Assembly: GCA_963783885.1 (NCBI GenBank)
Contig: CAWAPJ010000019.1
Coordinates: 19,824-83,823, forward strand
Origin: Waddliaceae bacterium
GTDB taxonomy: Bacteria > Chlamydiota > Chlamydiia > Chlamydiales > SLFE01
Reading direction: 5' to 3'
Length of the DNA stretch: 64,000 nt
The notes under the pieces are model-generated. The model saw only the letters and a program-made list of their open reading frames with translations. It searched no databases and was not told the DNA's origin. Positions 61,686 to 64,000 of the stretch are shown piece by piece. Both the position numbers and the translations under genes were made by a program. How positions within the stretch are numbered: the stretch's first letter is position 1; every line of letters starts with the position of its first letter.

Positions 61686-62329
61686 TAGACTCCTTTTGCA
61701 TTGGGGTCCCAAATGAATTTGTGGATTTGCAGATTGAGGCGGACGTCCAGACCATCGCGAAGGATCCAACCCACAAGCTGACTGGCGTCCAAAATATTGA
61801 AAGCGGGGGACAGAAGAACATTTCGGCATTTTGAGGACAGGTCATACTTTTTGATAATGTCTTTGGAATATTCGTAGTCGTTTTCATCGGCGATCACAAA
61901 TTTGACTTCATCCTTTGGTTTCAGGCTTTCTATGTTGCTCCAATCGTTTTTGCCGCTCATGCCGCTCGCCGGGCACTTGATGTCTAATATGACCGAGACT
62001 CTGGGGTCGACGCCGGCAATGGGAAGAGAGCCGCCGGTCTCCAGACTGACAGTAAAGCCTTTATCGCAAAGGGCGGCCATCAGAGGATGGACATTGGCTT
62101 GCAGCAGAGGCTCGCCGCCGGTCACACAGACATGTTTGACACTTTGGTCTTCGACATACTGAATAATGGTTTCAAGGGGTTTGGGTTCGCCCCTGCCAAA
62201 AGAGTAGGGGGTGTCGCACCACGTGCAGCGCAAGTTGCAGGCCGCAAGCCTGATGAACACTGTGGGGAGGCCCGCAGAGGAGGTTTCCCCTTGTACGCTA
62301 GTAAACATTTCTGTCAGATTCAGTGTCAT
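61685..62329 (-). CDS. queE: 7-carboxy-7-deazaguanine synthase (radical SAM)
   Basis: FTSVQGETSSAGLPTVFIRLAACNLRCTWCDTPYSF contains the CxxxCxxC-type cluster motif of QueE. Confidence 0.88.
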   Translation of the reverse strand: MTLNLTEMFTSVQGETSSAGLPTVFIRLAACNLRCTWCDTPYSFGRGEPKPLETIIQYVEDQSVKHVCVTGGEPLLQANVHPLMAALCDKGFTVSLETGGSLPIAGVDPRVSVILDIKCPASGMSGKNDWSNIESLKPKDEVKFVIADENDYEYSKDIIKKYDLSSKCRNVLLSPAFNILDASQLVGWILRDGLDVRLNLQIHKFIWDPNAKGV

Positions 62330-62423
62330 AGAGCGCTCAATTTTAAAGTCTTTGAATTTTAATGAAAAGTCTTAAAAAAAAACGTATTGTACTCTATGAT
62401 GAAGAACACTAATGGAGGCGTTT

Positions 62424-63431
62424 ATGTCGGCAGCTGTCAAGAGAATCGCGGTTACTGGGGGAGCGGGAAATATTTGCTATTCCCTTCTGTTTCGTATCGC
62501 TAATGGGGATTTGCTAGGGAAAAATCAGGCCATCGCTCTGCATATTCTCGATATTCCTCAAGCGATAGACAAGCTTGAAGGGGTGAGAATGGAGCTGGAG
62601 GACTGCGCTTTTCCTCTTCTCAAGGAAATCCTCATCGGAACCGATCCGCATATTATTTTCCAGAAAGTCGACTATGCGGTTTTAGTCGGGGCGAAACCCC
62701 GCGGTCCGGGCATGGAGAGGAAGGAGCTTCTGAAGGAAAACGGCAAAATTTTTATTCAGCAGGGGCAGGCTTTGAACAGCGCGGCTTCTGAAAATGTGAA
62801 AGTGCTTGTTGTTGGAAATCCCTGCAATACCAATTGCCTGATTGCCATGCACAACGCTCCAAGAATTCCCAGAGAAAACTTTATGGCGATGACAAGGCTC
62901 GATCAAAATAGGGCCATGTCGCTTCTTGCCTACAAGGCCAATGCCGACGTTTCAGAGGTTTCGCGCGTGGCGGTTTGGGGCAACCACTCCTCGACGCAAG
63001 TGCCGGACTTTGTCAACGCCAAGATTCGGGGGCACGGCACCATGGAGTTGATTCCGGATCGCCGCTGGCTGGAAAATGAGTTTATCGAGACGATACAGCA
63101 GCGGGGGGCCGAAATCATCAAACAGAGGGGACAGTCCTCGGCGGCATCGGCCGCGAATGCGATCATCGACTCGTTTCAAAGCCTTCATGAGGCAACACCT
63201 GCAGGGGATTGGTTTTCTCTGGCTGTTTGCAGCGATGGCAACCCTTATGGGATCGCCGAAGACCTGATCTTTTCCTTTCCCTGCCGCTCGGATGGGGCTG
63301 GAGGCTATGAAATTGTTCCAAATGTTCCGTGGGATGACTTTCTCAAAGGGAAGATCAAGGCGACTGAGAAAGAACTGCTCGAGGAGAAATCACTAGTAGA
63401 AGAACTCCTCACAAAAAAGGTATCAAAATGA
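62424..63431 (+). CDS. mdh: Malate dehydrogenase (NAD-dependent)
   Basis: [51 protein letters not shown] and WGNHSSTQ are present. Confidence 0.9.
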   Translation: MSAAVKRIAVTGGAGNICYSLLFRIANGDLLGKNQAIALHILDIPQAIDKLEGVRMELEDCAFPLLKEILIGTDPHIIFQKVDYAVLVGAKPRGPGMERKELLKENGKIFIQQGQALNSAASENVKVLVVGNPCNTNCLIAMHNAPRIPRENFMAMTRLDQNRAMSLLAYKANADVSEVSRVAVWGNHSSTQVPDFVNAKIRGHGTMELIPDRRWLENEFIETIQQRGAEIIKQRGQSSAASAANAIIDSFQSLHEATPAGDWFSLAVCSDGNPYGIAEDLIFSFPCRSDGAGGYEIVPNVPWDDFLKGKIKATEKELLEEKSLVEELLTKKVSK

Positions 63432-64000
63432 GCGAAGTCCTATTTGAAATCACCTCTGATAATCTCGAAACGGGCATGAGAGGATATCCGGTCGGCTATT
63501 GCATCACTTCGTCGGTCGATCCTGAAAAGGGACTCTTCTACGCCGGTTATCCGGTTGCCGATATGGCCCATTGGAAGCCTGAAAAAGTCATCTATCTGAT
63601 CTATTACGGCCAAGAAGGGTCTGCAGAGAAGATCGAGCAATTTTCAAATGAGCTTCGCCAGAGGAGTTTTCTCGACCCGAAAACGGCCGAGGCGATACGC
63701 CGCCTGCCCCGAGACGGGCATCCGATGAAGCTCTTTTCCTGCGCGTTGCTTATCACTCAGATGTTCGAAGGTATGGATGATTATCGGGAAGATTGCCTCA
63801 ATATCATCGCCAAAATTCCGGAGATCGCCGCGACAGTGATCAACCACCACGCCGGGTGGGGCGGGACAAGGCCGTCGAAGCCGAACATGGGATATATGGA
63901 AAATTTCGCCCAGATGCTCAATGTGCCGGATGCCGATCTTGGCGATCTAACAGAAGTTATGACCCTGTTCAATGTCTTGCACTATGATCACGGGGGCGGC
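63428..64000 (+). CDS. gltA: Citrate synthase family protein, 5' partial (runs off the window; not in the ORF track)
   Basis: My translation is [47 protein letters not shown]...[16 protein letters not shown]...[12 protein letters not shown]. The ATG overlaps the mdh stop (ATGA). Confidence 0.7.
   Translation, partial: MSEVLFEITSDNLETGMRGYPVGYCITSSVDPEKGLFYAGYPVADMAHWKPEKVIYLIYYGQEGSAEKIEQFSNELRQRSFLDPKTAEAIRRLPRDGHPMKLFSCALLITQMFEGMDDYREDCLNIIAKIPEIAATVINHHAGWGGTRPSKPNMGYMENFAQMLNVPDADLGDLTEVMTLFNVLHYDHGGG

Noticed and set aside
62330-62411. I looked for a preQ1 riboswitch upstream of queE-queC.
   Set aside because: The 82-nt leader is AT-rich with an A/T homopolymer, and I could not find the conserved preQ1-I stem and ACCC/CUA-type core. 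This was not checked with a covariance model.

Overview
This 64-kb chromosomal segment reads like an environmental (amoeba-associated) member of the Chlamydiae; that assignment is an inference from gene content and order. A conserved housekeeping backbone is present: accA, glgA, pgsA, uvrD, rnpA-rpmH facing rpmJ-rpsN, tRNA-Gln, prs, rplY-pth, rpsF-rpsR-rplI-ispE, hldD-hldE, queE-queC, mdh and citrate synthase. It is interrupted by visibly AT-richer accessory islets. These carry eukaryote-like domain proteins (HEAT, ankyrin, F-box), an Inc-like membrane protein, orphan paralogs, three tandem lipase-like hydrolases and an AbiEi/AbiEii toxin-antitoxin pair. The window opens inside a decayed integrase next to tRNA-Met. 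Five observations stand out. (i) Two small islets are each bounded by an imperfect duplication of the 3' coding end of the upstream gene (the HEAT gene and glgA). Each has a hairpin-rich repeat element at one junction and no recombinase inside. (ii) An AbiEii nucleotidyltransferase toxin is fused to C-terminal ankyrin repeats. (iii) A repeat family occurs at three loci, with a 22-bp GTTTAGGTAGCAATCAGGGTCT terminus and a GGCAAGGG-ATTA-CCCTTGCC hairpin. (iv) Four +1 frame disruptions fall within about 1 kb and hit rpsN and a GYF-domain gene. (v) A heptose operon has an HldE domain II lacking its catalytic motif and is co-oriented with an F-box protein. No rRNA, CRISPR array, cas gene or intact transposase was seen. 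All calls come from reading the translated ORFs, hand alignment and motif memory. GC statements are by eye, and nothing was computed or searched.
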